DNA of 64,000 nt from Acidimicrobiales bacterium (GTDB taxonomy: Bacteria > Actinomycetota > Acidimicrobiia > Acidimicrobiales > JAKAVM01), in the NCBI GenBank assembly GCA_027452005.1, contig DAIDHF010000012.1:735-64734 (forward strand), read 5' to 3'. The position numbers and the translations under genes are program-made. This document shows, in pieces, positions 36,419 through 46,905 of the stretch. The notes beneath the pieces are model-generated. The model had not been told where the DNA came from, made no database searches, and was given only the letters and a program-made list of their open reading frames with translations. Numbering within the stretch: position 1 is the first letter of the stretch; every line of letters starts with the position of its first letter.

Positions 36419-38233
36419 TTAGCCGCTCGCTCTAGCGCGACCTTGGCGGGAGAGGATCACCTTTCTGAGGCGGACATTCTTGGGGGTTACCTCGACACAT
36501 TCGTCTTGTCGAATAAATTCGAGGGCCAACTCTAAGGTCAGGTTTCTGGGAGGGATCAGTCTTACCAACTCCTCGGCCGTAGACGACCGGATATTGGTGA
36601 CCTTCTTCTCCTTGGTCGGATTGATCTGCATATCTTCAGACCTGGGATTCTCGCCAACGATCATGCCCTCGTATACCTCGACCCCGGGTCCCACAAATAG
36701 GGCACCGCGCTCTTGAAGGTTTAGGAGGGCATAGGTTGTGGTTACCCCTTGGCGGTCGGCAACTAACGACCCGGAAGGCCGAGTTCTCAGCTCCCCGAGC
36801 CAGGGCTCGTAGTGGTCGAAGACGTGATGCAAGATCCCGGTTCCCCGGGTCTCGGTGAGAAACTCGGTCCTAAATCCAATCAGGCCTCGGGCCGGGACGT
36901 GGTAGTCAATCCTGGCCCACCCGGTTCCGTGGTTTACCATCTGAAGCATCTGGCCCTTACGCAGAGACAGCATCTGGGTTACCACCCCGAGGTAGTCCTC
37001 GGGGACGTCGATGGACACCGACTCAACTGGCTCATGTACCTTCCCGTCGATGTCTTTGGTGACCACCTCGGGTTTTCCCACGGTGAGCTCAAATCCCTCT
37101 CTACGCAACATCTCGACTAAGACGGCCAGCTGGAGTTCGCCACGACCTTGGACCTCCCAGGTGTCGGGGCGGTCGGTGGGAATGACCTTGATTGACACGT
37201 TTCCAATCAGTTCTTGATCGAGGCGGTTTTTGAGGAGCCGGGCCGTAACCTTGGTGCCCTCCTTGCCAGAGAGGGGCGACGTATTGATCCCGACCGTCAT
37301 CCCGATCGAGGGTTCATCTACACTGAGCACCTCTAGGGCAATCGGGTTGTCCAGGTCGGCCAGGGTCTCGCCGATCATCACGTCGTCGAGTCCCGACAGG
37401 GCCACGATCTCGCCCTGACAGGCCCGATCGGTCGATACACGCTCTAGTCCCTCGGCCACATATAGCTCGGACACCTTGAACCGAGTCACGGCCCCGTCCA
37501 TCCGGATGCATCCCACGGTCTGCCCCTTGGAAATGCACCCATTTACTACCCGACATATCGCAAGACGACCCAGGTAGGCCGAGGCATCCAGGTTGGTCAC
37601 GAGTGCCTGAAGGGGGTAGCCCTCTTGATAGGTCGGAGCTGGGATTGCCCTCTCAATGGTCTCAAAGAGGGGACCCAGGTTGTCTTGAATGTCACCTGGA
37701 CTGGTTCCCGCCCTACCCGCCTTGGCGTTCGCGTAGATTATCGGAAAGTCGATCTGGTCCTCTTGGGCCTCTAGATCCAAGAAGAGCTCGTAGACCTCGT
37801 CGAGGACCTCCTTGGGTCTAGCATCGGCCCGGTCGATCTTGTTTACAACCAAGACCACCGGGAGATTTTTTTCTAGGGCCTTGCGAAGTACAAAGCGGGT
37901 CTGAGGTAACGGGCCCTCTGAGGCGTCCACGAGCAACAAGACCCCGTCTACCATGGCCAGGGCCCGTTCAACTTCCCCACCAAAGTCGGCGTGTCCGGGG
38001 GTGTCTACAATGTTGATCTTCAACCCCGCGTACCTGACCGCGGTGTTCTTGGCCAAGATCGTGATCCCCTTCTCACGCTCTAGGTCCATGGAGTCCATTA
38101 CCCGCTCTGACACGTCCTGGTTGTCTCGGAAAACCCCCGACTGCCAGAGCATTGCATCGACGAGGGTCGTCTTGCCATGGTCCACGTGGGCCACGATGGC
38201 AATGTTGCGAATATCAGACCGGGTCGCTTGCAC
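36419..38233 (-). CDS. typA: Translational GTPase TypA/BipA
   Basis: [38 protein letters not shown]. 604 aa, GTG start overlapping the hemL stop by 1 nt (TAGTG). Confidence 0.95.
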   Translation of the reverse strand: MQATRSDIRNIAIVAHVDHGKTTLVDAMLWQSGVFRDNQDVSERVMDSMDLEREKGITILAKNTAVRYAGLKINIVDTPGHADFGGEVERALAMVDGVLLLVDASEGPLPQTRFVLRKALEKNLPVVLVVNKIDRADARPKEVLDEVYELFLDLEAQEDQIDFPIIYANAKAGRAGTSPGDIQDNLGPLFETIERAIPAPTYQEGYPLQALVTNLDASAYLGRLAICRVVNGCISKGQTVGCIRMDGAVTRFKVSELYVAEGLERVSTDRACQGEIVALSGLDDVMIGETLADLDNPIALEVLSVDEPSIGMTVGINTSPLSGKEGTKVTARLLKNRLDQELIGNVSIKVIPTDRPDTWEVQGRGELQLAVLVEMLRREGFELTVGKPEVVTKDIDGKVHEPVESVSIDVPEDYLGVVTQMLSLRKGQMLQMVNHGTGWARIDYHVPARGLIGFRTEFLTETRGTGILHHVFDHYEPWLGELRTRPSGSLVADRQGVTTTYALLNLQERGALFVGPGVEVYEGMIVGENPRSEDMQINPTKEKKVTNIRSSTAEELVRLIPPRNLTLELALEFIRQDECVEVTPKNVRLRKVILSRQGRARASG

Positions 38234-39414
38234 TATTGAGCGCCTAACACGTTCAAGGTTGCATCTAGATCGTCATCTGAGTGAGCCAGGCTCGGGAAGG
38301 CGACCTCATAGGGACCAGGGGCAAAAGCAACCCCCCCGGCCAGCATCTCGTGAAAGAACTCCGGGTAGTTGGCCAACTCAAACCCGACAAGGGTTCCGAA
38401 GTTGACCACGGCCTTCTCACCAAGGATCTCCCTGAGCCCGGTGGCTAGGTCCCGGGCCTTTTTGGAGATCTCCTCATACACGGCCTCACTTAGTTCTCCC
38501 AGGACGCTCAGCCCGGCCTGGGTGGCCAGGGGATTGCCCGACAGGGTTCCAGCCTGGTACACGTCACCCAACGGGGCCAGGTAGTCCATGAGGTCCCCCC
38601 GTCCCCCAAAGGCCCCCATTGCAAGGCCCCCTCCAATGATCTTCCCGAACAAATACAAGTCGGCAATTACCCCCCCAACCAGGGGCGAACACGACCCGTT
38701 GCGAAACCTAAACCCGGTGATCACCTCGTCAAAGATCAACACGGCCCCGACCCGGTCGCACTCGGCCCGAAGGCCCTCTAAGAACCCGGCACGGGGGACT
38801 CGCAAGGAGTAGTTGGCCCCGATGGGTTCGACTATCACACAGGCCACGCTCTCGTCGAGATCGGGGACCTCGTTGAAGGGGACCACCAAGGTGTCCCGAA
38901 CCGCCCCGGGCGTAACCCCGGCCGAGGTGGCAATTCCAAGGGAGGCCACCGCGCTACCGGCCCCGGCCAACAAGAAGTCCGCGTGTCCGTGGTAACACCC
39001 GTCGAACTTTACGACCCTAGCTCGCCCGGTAGCTCCGCGGGCCAGTCGGATTGCACTCATGGCCGCCTCGGTCCCAGAGGAGACCAACCGGAGCCAGTCA
39101 CACCCCTCTACTCGCCCACAGACCTCCTCGGCCAGGAGGACCTCTCTAAGGGTGGGTGCCCCAAAGGTGGTCCCAAGCCCTACCACCTGTTTCAGATCGG
39201 ACACGACCTTTGGGTGGGCATGTCCCAAAATCGAGGCCCCGTAAGACTGGACGTAGTCAATGTATCTCGTACCCTCCACGTCCCACACATATGCCCCCTG
39301 GGCCCGGTCGACAAAGTACGGGGTCCCCCCAACCGCCTGAAAGGATCTCACCGGTGAGTTGACCCCACCGGGAATGCGACGCTTGGCTCTCTCGAAAAGT
39401 TCTTGGTTATTCAT
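38233..39414 (-). CDS. hemL: Glutamate-1-semialdehyde 2,1-aminomutase
   Basis: [13 protein letters not shown]-terminus, DEVITGFR, and the PLP lysine context GKIIGGG. Confidence 0.92.
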   Translation of the reverse strand: MNNQELFERAKRRIPGGVNSPVRSFQAVGGTPYFVDRAQGAYVWDVEGTRYIDYVQSYGASILGHAHPKVVSDLKQVVGLGTTFGAPTLREVLLAEEVCGRVEGCDWLRLVSSGTEAAMSAIRLARGATGRARVVKFDGCYHGHADFLLAGAGSAVASLGIATSAGVTPGAVRDTLVVPFNEVPDLDESVACVIVEPIGANYSLRVPRAGFLEGLRAECDRVGAVLIFDEVITGFRFRNGSCSPLVGGVIADLYLFGKIIGGGLAMGAFGGRGDLMDYLAPLGDVYQAGTLSGNPLATQAGLSVLGELSEAVYEEISKKARDLATGLREILGEKAVVNFGTLVGFELANYPEFFHEMLAGGVAFAPGPYEVAFPSLAHSDDDLDATLNVLGAQ

Positions 39415-39426
39415 AGTAGGTGGTAC

Positions 39427-40407
39427 CTAATTCAAGACCCTCGCCAGGTCCCCGGCGAAGTAGGTGATAATCATAGACGCACCGGCCCGTTTGATCGACA
39501 ACGCGCTCTCCAGGGCTAGTTGATCGCAATCGACCCAACCCCGCTCGGCGGCGGCCCGGATCATCGAGTACTCCCCGGAGACCTGGTAGGCGCACACCGG
39601 GGCTGACACCGATCGGGCCACAGTTGAGATAACGTCTAAGTAGTAGCCGGCCGGCTTGACCATGACAACATCTGCCCCCTGTTTTAGGTCGCCTAGTACC
39701 TCTCTTATGGCCTCACGGCCGTTACCCGGGTCCATCTGGTAGGTCTTTCGGTCGGTGGGTCCCCCGGTAATGTTAACCCCGAGAGCCTCGCGGAAGGGTC
39801 CATACATCGCCGAGGCAAACTTGGCCGAGTAGGCCATTATCGACACGTCATGGCGCAACTCCCCGTCCAGGGCGTCTCGAATGGCCCGGACCTGTCCGTC
39901 CATCATCCCCGACGGGGCCACCATGTCCACCCCGGCCTGGGCGTGGGAGAGGGCCACCTTTTGATAGATCTCCAAGGTGGCGTCGTTGTCCACGTGGCCC
40001 CGGTCGTCTAACACCCCACAGTGTCCGTGGGAGGTGTACTCGTCAACGCACAGGTCACTTATTACATAGACCGAGTCACCCAACTCATCTTTGATCGCCG
40101 TGACCGATCTCTGGAGGGCACCTGAACTATCCCAGGCCTCACTTCCCTCATCGTCCTTTTTGGAGGCCACCCCGAAGAGGATTACCGCCTGAACCCCTCG
40201 GGCGACCAAAGCTGAGACCTCGGCCACGACCCGCTCGGGGGAGTACTGCAGGACCCCGGGCATGGACTCAATTGGGTACGAACCCCCTTGGTCATCTAGG
40301 TCTCTCACGAAGAACGGGGCGATAAGATCCTGGGTTGTCAGGCGGGTCTCACAGACCAGGTCTCGGATTGCCTGGGTGGTTCTCAGTCTCCTGGGCCGGT
40401 TACGCAC
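39427..40407 (-). CDS. hemB: Porphobilinogen synthase (delta-aminolevulinate dehydratase)
   Basis: RPRRLR N-terminus, active-site regions MVKPA and YQVSGEY. Confidence 0.93.
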   Translation of the reverse strand: MRNRPRRLRTTQAIRDLVCETRLTTQDLIAPFFVRDLDDQGGSYPIESMPGVLQYSPERVVAEVSALVARGVQAVILFGVASKKDDEGSEAWDSSGALQRSVTAIKDELGDSVYVISDLCVDEYTSHGHCGVLDDRGHVDNDATLEIYQKVALSHAQAGVDMVAPSGMMDGQVRAIRDALDGELRHDVSIMAYSAKFASAMYGPFREALGVNITGGPTDRKTYQMDPGNGREAIREVLGDLKQGADVVMVKPAGYYLDVISTVARSVSAPVCAYQVSGEYSMIRAAAERGWVDCDQLALESALSIKRAGASMIITYFAGDLARVLN

Positions 40408-41821
40408 TCAGGACTGCCTCGACAATTGCGTTGAGGGACTGGTGCCGGGCAACCAAGACCTTCTTGGCACCAAGCCGCCTGGCATCCTGGGCACTTTGTT
40501 CACCCATGCACACTAGCGTGCCGGGTATCTCGCTAACAATTTCGCCGAGACTCTCAATATTTGATGACGCGGTAATCGTTATAAAGTCGCAACCCATAAC
40601 CTCGCGTAGCTGTTGTTCGTCTAACTTGAGTGGAACCGTGGTGTAGAGATCACGAGATACAACCTCCCAACCCTTATTTTCAAGTCCCTTGATAATCCTC
40701 TCACGACCTATCTGTGATTTAGGGTAGAAAATTCGATTAGACGAGATTGGTTCCGGGTTTGTTGGTTGGGCGTGAGGAAAGATTGCTACCAAGTCTTGTG
40801 CCGAGAAAGAATCAGGCATGAGATCGGCCGCAATCCCGTGGCTGGCCAGGGCCTGGGCGGTAGCTTGGCCGACCACTGCGTAGTGAGACCCAACTACCGA
40901 GCCCGCCAGGGTCGAATAGAACACCTCGACCGAAGTCGGCGAGCTAAAAACCACCCACTCAAACTCGGACTCCTCTAACGGGGCAACATCTAAAACTTCT
41001 GTCTGGGTGGTTGGAATCTCTAGAACCCTGGCACCTAGGCCACCGAAGAGTCGGGTTAGTTCGCCAGCTCGACCCTTCGTGCGCGTTACCACGACTGACT
41101 TGCCAGCCAGGGGACCTCTCTCCAACCAGGCCAGATTTAGTTGGCTAACCTGGCCGACAACAATAACTGCCGGTGGCCGGGCTGGAATCTGGCCCAACTC
41201 GGCCAGGGTACATCTTTGGGACCTCTGGCGGGTCGTGGTCCCCCACTCGACAATCGCACACGGCGTGTCTTGAGGTACTCCCCCGGCCTGGAGACTTTTA
41301 GATATTGCCTCGCGCTGGGTAGTACCCATGAGGATCACGATGGTCCCCGTGACCTTAGCCACTGCCTCCCAGTCCACGTTGGAGTCCTCATGTCCGGTCA
41401 CGATAGTCAGGGTATCTGAGATACCTCGGTGTGTAACCGGGATTCCGGCGTATGCTAACACCCCAACTGCCGAGGTCACCCCGGGGACGACCTCAAAGTC
41501 AACCCCGGCATGGGCCAAGGCCTGAGCTTCTTCACCTCCCCGCCCAAACACGTAAGGGTCGCCCCCTTTTAACCTGACCACGCTCAGTCCAATCTTGGCC
41601 CGGTCGACCAGGATCTCGTTGATGGCCTCCTGGGTTATCTCACTTGCCTTGGGCCTCTTACCCACGTCAATTAGTTCACACCCGGCTCGGGTCTCGGCCA
41701 ACAGTTCACCGGGGGCCAGGCGATCATATACCACCACGTCACAGGTCCTTAGTAGTTCAAGTCCCTTGACGGTAATAAGTCCCGGGTCTCCCGGGCCAGC
41801 CCCGACGAGATAGACGGTCAC
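40400..41821 (-). CDS. Fused uroporphyrinogen-III C-methyltransferase / uroporphyrinogen-III synthase
   Basis: The N-terminal VYLVGAGPGDPGLITVKGLELLRTCDVVVYDRL is the CobA/SUMT signature. The C-terminal ~220 aa are HemD-like. Located in the hem operon. Confidence 0.85.
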   Translation of the reverse strand: MTVYLVGAGPGDPGLITVKGLELLRTCDVVVYDRLAPGELLAETRAGCELIDVGKRPKASEITQEAINEILVDRAKIGLSVVRLKGGDPYVFGRGGEEAQALAHAGVDFEVVPGVTSAVGVLAYAGIPVTHRGISDTLTIVTGHEDSNVDWEAVAKVTGTIVILMGTTQREAISKSLQAGGVPQDTPCAIVEWGTTTRQRSQRCTLAELGQIPARPPAVIVVGQVSQLNLAWLERGPLAGKSVVVTRTKGRAGELTRLFGGLGARVLEIPTTQTEVLDVAPLEESEFEWVVFSSPTSVEVFYSTLAGSVVGSHYAVVGQATAQALASHGIAADLMPDSFSAQDLVAIFPHAQPTNPEPISSNRIFYPKSQIGRERIIKGLENKGWEVVSRDLYTTVPLKLDEQQLREVMGCDFITITASSNIESLGEIVSEIPGTLVCMGEQSAQDARRLGAKKVLVARHQSLNAIVEAVLSA

Positions 41822-42648
41822 AGAAACTCCCGGGCCAGGGCCCTTCCAAGCTCGGCCCCCACTGGGCCCGCGTTGGACTTTTTGACCAGTATCCCGTTCA
41901 TCTCGACCACGGCTGTGAGGAGGACGTCGTCACCCACGAGTACTGCTATTGCCCCCACTGGAGCACTGCACCCGCCTCCGAGTTCGGCCAGAAAGGCCCG
42001 TTCAGCCTCTAGGCATCTGCGGACCTCCCCGTCGTCGATCCCGGCCAGTCTCTCAAGAGAATCATGGTCATTAGAGCGGCACTCGACCGCCAAGGCCCCC
42101 TGGCCTATCTGGGGGATCATCTCGGTGAGGCTAAATACCTGGCTCGCCCGACTCTCAAGATCCAGGCGCTCCAAGGCCGCAAGGGCAACCACGACCGCCG
42201 TGGACGAGTTCAACCTCGTGGCCATGTTTCCCCGGATATCGCAGAAGACGAGGTCAGGTCGGAGGGCACGCAGCTGGGCCCGGCGCCTGGGGGACCCGGT
42301 TGCTACCCGTGCCCCGGGTTCTAGTTGGTTTAGCGTCGAGCCAACCAGGACGTCCCTGGGATCACGGCGCTCGGGGAATGCCCCGATGGTCAGGCCGGTT
42401 GTGGGCAGTGACTGGAGGTCCTTGGCCGAGTGCACGGCCAGGTCGGCCCGACCATCTAGCACGGCGGTCTGGACCTCTTTGACAAATACCCCCTGGCCGG
42501 ACATCTTAGAGATGGGAACTTCACGTTCACGGTCGCCCCGGGTAGTTACCTCGACTAACTCGAACTTGGTTCCCAGGAGTTCTCCAACCCGGCTGGCCTG
42601 AATCTTCGCCAGGGGACTAGGCCGAGTTGCTATCCTAACGGTCGCCAA
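41818..42648 (-). CDS. hemC: Hydroxymethylbilane synthase (porphobilinogen deaminase)
   Basis: IRIATRPSPLAKIQA, TRGDR, VHSAKDL, RGNMATRL motifs. Confidence 0.92.
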   Translation of the reverse strand: MATVRIATRPSPLAKIQASRVGELLGTKFELVEVTTRGDREREVPISKMSGQGVFVKEVQTAVLDGRADLAVHSAKDLQSLPTTGLTIGAFPERRDPRDVLVGSTLNQLEPGARVATGSPRRRAQLRALRPDLVFCDIRGNMATRLNSSTAVVVALAALERLDLESRASQVFSLTEMIPQIGQGALAVECRSNDHDSLERLAGIDDGEVRRCLEAERAFLAELGGGCSAPVGAIAVLVGDDVLLTAVVEMNGILVKKSNAGPVGAELGRALAREFL

Positions 42649-43807
42649 GATCGAAAAGGTCGCGAAGCGACTCTACAAGTCTCTCGCCCTTTGGTGTCCC
42701 GGCTGCACCTTTTAGCTTGACCGTTGGCCCATGAAGTAACTTCGCCACGATGGCCTTAGTAACTTGGTCAACTTCATCGAGTTGACTCGGTTCTAACTTG
42801 TGGGCCCGCTTGGTAAGTTCTTTAGCCCTGATCTCATCGAAGTGCTCTCTGATCTGGGCGACCACGGGGGACACTAGACGGGCACTTGTCAGCTCTTGAA
42901 GTCGGGCTACCTCGTCTTCAACAATGCGTGCAATCTCGGCGATCTTAGATACCTGTCCGGGCGAAGACTTCGGGGCCACAAATGCTGACAGGTCCTCAAT
43001 GTCAAAGTGTACGGCGTCTACGTCGGGGGAGATATTCCTTGGCACGGCCAGGTCTACCAGAACCATCTGTCGATTTGTAACTTGAGACGGCGAGATGATG
43101 ATCTCGGGAGTTGACGTGGCACAGAAAACCACGTCTGCCCGAGTGAGTTCGAGGTCAAGATCGGTCGTTCGGTCAGCCACCTCTACGTGTACCATGGGCC
43201 AGGTCTTTGTAACCCGACTTGCAATTGAACCACTCATTGCGCCCTTTCCGACTACGAGTACCCGTCGGCCTGCCGGTACTACCCCGTAGTGACCCTCCAC
43301 AATTGCCACGGCCGCGTCCGACAGGGACCCGATATCACCGGGCATCTTGACCTGGGTCCGAGTTTTCTTTCCCACTTCTACGGCGTGGCGAAACAGGGCA
43401 TTGAGGGTTGGGCCACTTGCCCGTTCATCCATCGCGGAAATCCAGGCATCCTTGAGCTGGCCGAGGACCTCCCCCTCGCCGACTACTGCAGAGTCGAGTC
43501 CCGCGGCGACTCTAAAGAGATGGCTCACACAGGCCTGGTCAAAGTAGTTGTAAGCGACCTCACTGATGTCCACCCCACAAAGGTCACCCAGGAACTCCAT
43601 AGCATCGGCCACGGCCCCGTGAAATCGCTCGGCCAGGGCGTAAATCTCGGTTCGCATGCAGGTCGACACCACGACCACCTCTGAGATGTTGTCGCGGGAC
43701 TTTAGGGACGTGAGAGCCTTTGCGAGGTCACCCGGGGCTATTGTGGTCCGCTCTAAGATCTCTAGAGGGGCACTCTTGTTGTTTAGCCCGACGACGATGA
43801 CAGCCAC
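42635..43807 (-). CDS. hemA: Glutamyl-tRNA reductase
   Basis: VVVSTCMRTEIY (catalytic Cys) and a VLVVGKGAMSG NADPH-binding fold. Confidence 0.92.
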   Translation of the reverse strand: MAVIVVGLNNKSAPLEILERTTIAPGDLAKALTSLKSRDNISEVVVVSTCMRTEIYALAERFHGAVADAMEFLGDLCGVDISEVAYNYFDQACVSHLFRVAAGLDSAVVGEGEVLGQLKDAWISAMDERASGPTLNALFRHAVEVGKKTRTQVKMPGDIGSLSDAAVAIVEGHYGVVPAGRRVLVVGKGAMSGSIASRVTKTWPMVHVEVADRTTDLDLELTRADVVFCATSTPEIIISPSQVTNRQMVLVDLAVPRNISPDVDAVHFDIEDLSAFVAPKSSPGQVSKIAEIARIVEDEVARLQELTSARLVSPVVAQIREHFDEIRAKELTKRAHKLEPSQLDEVDQVTKAIVAKLLHGPTVKLKGAAGTPKGERLVESLRDLFDLGDR

Positions 43808-43815
43808 GGGACTTA

Positions 43816-44442
43816 TTATAACATTTCGTGGTAGCTCAACATCAAAAGGTGTAGCCCGACGTCTACGTTGCGGACCAGGTTAGCTGGTCCCAAGTCTATG
43901 TGGACTGGAGCAAAGTTCAGCATTGACCTAACCCCATACGAGGCCAGAAGGCGGGCCACGTCTAGGGCACTTTCGGGTGGGGTTGAGATAATTCCCAGAT
44001 GCGGGCCACCCTCTATCAACCTGGCTCCCATCTGGTCGTTGTGCAGAACACGAATTCCGGCCACTGTGGTGTCTAGCTTTTGTGGGTCTACGTCAAAGAG
44101 GTTGGTCAACATAAATCGGTCCTGGGTACTAGAGAGATACTTCGCAAAGGCCGTGCCCAGATTACCGACTCCGCAAATTGCCACGTTCCAGGTTCGGTCC
44201 GCTCCCAAGATAGACGAGATGGTCTCTCTGAGATGGACAATGTCGTATCCCGATCCACGGGTTCCCAGGTTTCCTAGATAAGCGAGGTCTTTACGTAGAT
44301 TGTGGGCCCCGACCCCGGCCATCTGGGCCAGGGTTTGGGAGTCAACTGCAACCTCTCCGGACTCGTGGAGTCGGTCAAGGCATCGCAGGTACAAGGGTAG
44401 TCTCGTTATGGTCGGCTCTGGAAGTGGCATGGGAGAAATCAA
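43816..44442 (-). CDS. rex: Redox-sensing transcriptional repressor Rex
   Basis: ITRLPLYLRCL N-terminal winged helix. CGVGNLG Rossmann motif. Confidence 0.9.
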   Translation of the reverse strand: MISPMPLPEPTITRLPLYLRCLDRLHESGEVAVDSQTLAQMAGVGAHNLRKDLAYLGNLGTRGSGYDIVHLRETISSILGADRTWNVAICGVGNLGTAFAKYLSSTQDRFMLTNLFDVDPQKLDTTVAGIRVLHNDQMGARLIEGGPHLGIISTPPESALDVARLLASYGVRSMLNFAPVHIDLGPANLVRNVDVGLHLLMLSYHEML

Positions 44443-44511
44443 GACCTAACCGGCTTTTCAAAACGCCCCATGGGGATTGGGGGATTTAGCCATCACCGGA
44501 CGTAGCAGGGG

Positions 44512-45849
44512 CTACCGTGGCGAGGTCAGATAGCGTCGCATTACTTCCCCGGTCGCCGCCCGTGGGAGGTTGTCAACGAACACTATTGACGACGGGCACT
44601 TATAGGCTGCCAGGTGTTCTCGACATGTGTTCGTGATCGCATTAGATGTCACGTTATTCGCGACCACGTACGCGTTTACCCGGTCGTGACCAGCCACAGC
44701 CACCTCTTTTACTCCGGGGACTGATTCAATAATCTTTTCTACCTCTTGCGGGAACACGTTGAATCCTGACACGATAATGAGATCCTTGGCCCTGTCAACC
44801 AGATGTAGCTTGCCATCAAAGCCCACTACACCGATATCGCCCGTGTGTAGCCACCCATCCGCGTCGATAACTCGCTCGGTGGCTTGTGGGTTTTTGTAGT
44901 AGCCCCCGAACAGGTTTGGGCCACGCACTAATACTTCACCTGCATCGCCTTCAAAGACCTCTTGCCCATCGGGGTCGACAATCTTTAGGTCGATGGAATC
45001 TAGGGGTGTGCCGACTGAGCCAAACACGGCCGGTTGGTCGAAATCGGGAAACGTGACAACCGGTGAGGCCTCGGTCAGACCATAACCCTCGTAGAGCGCA
45101 ATCCCAAATCGATCCTGAAACCTATCAAAGGTCTCCCGCGACAGCGGGGCACCGCCGCAGATCGCCAGACGCACGTTAGGAGTTTCAAAACCTTCATCGG
45201 CCGCCCAGGCGTCGTAATGGGCCGGGACCCCGGCCAAGACGGTTACGTCTGGGGCCATTGCGTCCATCCGCAGAGTACCCCCAGATAGAAGTCCGAGGTT
45301 TAGGACCACGTTGAGACCAAACACGTGAAAGAACGGGAGTACGGCCAAGCCGACGTCGTGGGGTGTTGAGTAACCCGCAATCTGATCCAGGTTTGCTCGT
45401 AGGGATCCATGGGTCAATATGGCCGCCTTCGGGAATCCGGCCGTACCGGACGTGAACAAGAGCACGGCACTATCTGTGGGATCCATTTCGACAAAGGTTT
45501 CTAATGGGTCATCTAGAAAGTTCGTGGGCACGCCGAGTTCGTCGCCGTCTATTACGACCTTGGGTTCTACACTGGCAAGCTCGGAGTCTCTTTCTGGTTT
45601 TGGACTAAGTGGATTGACAGGAACGACCACAGCACCCAGACTTAGGGCGCCCAGGTAGGGGGCCACAAATCTTCGGTCGTTTTGGGTGATCAGGGCTACT
45701 CGGTCACCTACCCCGACTGACTTGGACTTGAAGTAGGTAACCCAACTAGTCGCGAGTGACAGGAGACCCCGATAGGTCAACTCCCCGAAACTATCTATAA
45801 GACATACCTTGTCTGGATCGTGGCCAATGGCAACACTGACCAGGTTCAA
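44512..45849 (-). CDS. AMP-dependent synthetase/ligase (acyl-CoA ligase-like), short 445-aa form
   Basis: LLFTSGTAGFPKAAILTHGSL (AMP-binding motif), YGLTE, and TGD motif region. Confidence 0.85.
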   Translation of the reverse strand: MNLVSVAIGHDPDKVCLIDSFGELTYRGLLSLATSWVTYFKSKSVGVGDRVALITQNDRRFVAPYLGALSLGAVVVPVNPLSPKPERDSELASVEPKVVIDGDELGVPTNFLDDPLETFVEMDPTDSAVLLFTSGTAGFPKAAILTHGSLRANLDQIAGYSTPHDVGLAVLPFFHVFGLNVVLNLGLLSGGTLRMDAMAPDVTVLAGVPAHYDAWAADEGFETPNVRLAICGGAPLSRETFDRFQDRFGIALYEGYGLTEASPVVTFPDFDQPAVFGSVGTPLDSIDLKIVDPDGQEVFEGDAGEVLVRGPNLFGGYYKNPQATERVIDADGWLHTGDIGVVGFDGKLHLVDRAKDLIIVSGFNVFPQEVEKIIESVPGVKEVAVAGHDRVNAYVVANNVTSNAITNTCREHLAAYKCPSSIVFVDNLPRAATGEVMRRYLTSPR

Positions 45850-46655
45850 GACTGCTCACCCAACTCTTTGGAGCGCTGCGTGGCACTTATGACGGCTGCT
45901 ATAAAGGACTCTCGGGTTTTTAGCTCGTCTAGCTTGGCAATTCCCGCAGCCGTGGTCCCGGCCGGGGAGGTCACCGCAATTCGCAGGTCCTCGGCGCTTT
46001 CGCCGGTTTCCTCCAGGAGTCGGGCCGCACCTATAAAGGTCTGGCGGGCCAGCACGATTGCGGTCTCCCGGTCAAGGCCCACCCGGATCCCAGCCTCGAC
46101 CAAGGCCTCGACGACCAAGAAAAAGTAGGCCGGTCCCGACCCGGACAACCCAGTCACGGCGTCCATGAGGTCCTCTGGGACCTCCACGGCCTTGCCCACC
46201 GAGTGCAGGACACCCGAGGCCCAGTCCAGGTCCTCTAGGGTTGCCAGGGTCCCCCGGGTAATGCCAGCCGCACTGTGGCCCACTAGGGCCGGAATGTTGG
46301 GCATGGAACGCACCACTATAGTTCCCGGGTCTAGAGTTGACTCCAACGTGGCCGTGGTTACCCCGGCCACCACCGACAGGACCCTCCTTATCGACTTGTC
46401 GGCCAGCCCCAGGCAGGTCATCTCGACATCTTGGGGTTTGACCGCCAAGACCACGTCGTTGCTCATCCCGGTGTCATACTGCCTGAATGTTGCCAGGCCG
46501 TGATGTCCACCTTCAAGTCGGTCACGCTGGGCCTCAGATATCTCGACTACTCCAAGCTCAGAGGGGCTCGCCCAGCCAGAGGAGATCAGGCCCCGGATTA
46601 AGGCACCCCCCATGCGACCTCCCCCGATGACGACAAGTTTCATGGTTGGCTCCAT
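45846..46655 (-). CDS. proC: Pyrroline-5-carboxylate reductase
   Basis: KLVVIGGGRMGGALIRGL NADP fold and the C-terminal TSPAGTTAAGI motif. Confidence 0.92.
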   Translation of the reverse strand: MEPTMKLVVIGGGRMGGALIRGLISSGWASPSELGVVEISEAQRDRLEGGHHGLATFRQYDTGMSNDVVLAVKPQDVEMTCLGLADKSIRRVLSVVAGVTTATLESTLDPGTIVVRSMPNIPALVGHSAAGITRGTLATLEDLDWASGVLHSVGKAVEVPEDLMDAVTGLSGSGPAYFFLVVEALVEAGIRVGLDRETAIVLARQTFIGAARLLEETGESAEDLRIAVTSPAGTTAAGIAKLDELKTRESFIAAVISATQRSKELGEQS

Positions 46656-46783
46656 GTGGACCCGGAAGACCTCCTGGGTGTATTCGCACTTCCCCGAACA
46701 AATACATCCTCTCCGCCCTCCGGGCCACTGGCAGGCGAACTTAGCCCGAAACTACAAGATAAGCAAACGTCCATATCAGCTAG

Positions 46784-46905
46784 GCACATTCAATTAGTTC
46801 TCTCGCTCAACGGTAATGCACATTCAATAGTTTTGTCGGGCAATTACTAGGAACATTCAATAGTTTTGCCCGCGAAATTACTAGGCGCATTCAATTAGTT
46901 CTCTC
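46784..46905. repeat. Four tandem copies of a 33-34-bp unit with core CATTCAAT(T)AGTT. The last copy overlaps the final codons and stop of mshA.
   Basis: The core starts at 46787, 46821, 46854 and 46888. Copies 1 and 4 share GC(A/G)CATTCAATTAGTTCTCTC. Copies 2 and 3 share ACATTCAATAGTTTTG.C.G..AATTACTAGG. Copies 2-4 carry CTAG, which is the stop triplet on the coding strand. Confidence 0.85.

Noticed and set aside
46784-46905. A CRISPR array as the explanation for the regularly spaced repeats.
   Set aside because: The units are contiguous, with no unique spacers. There are only four copies, the period is 33-34 bp, and the last copy is inside a coding sequence. No cas genes are in the window.
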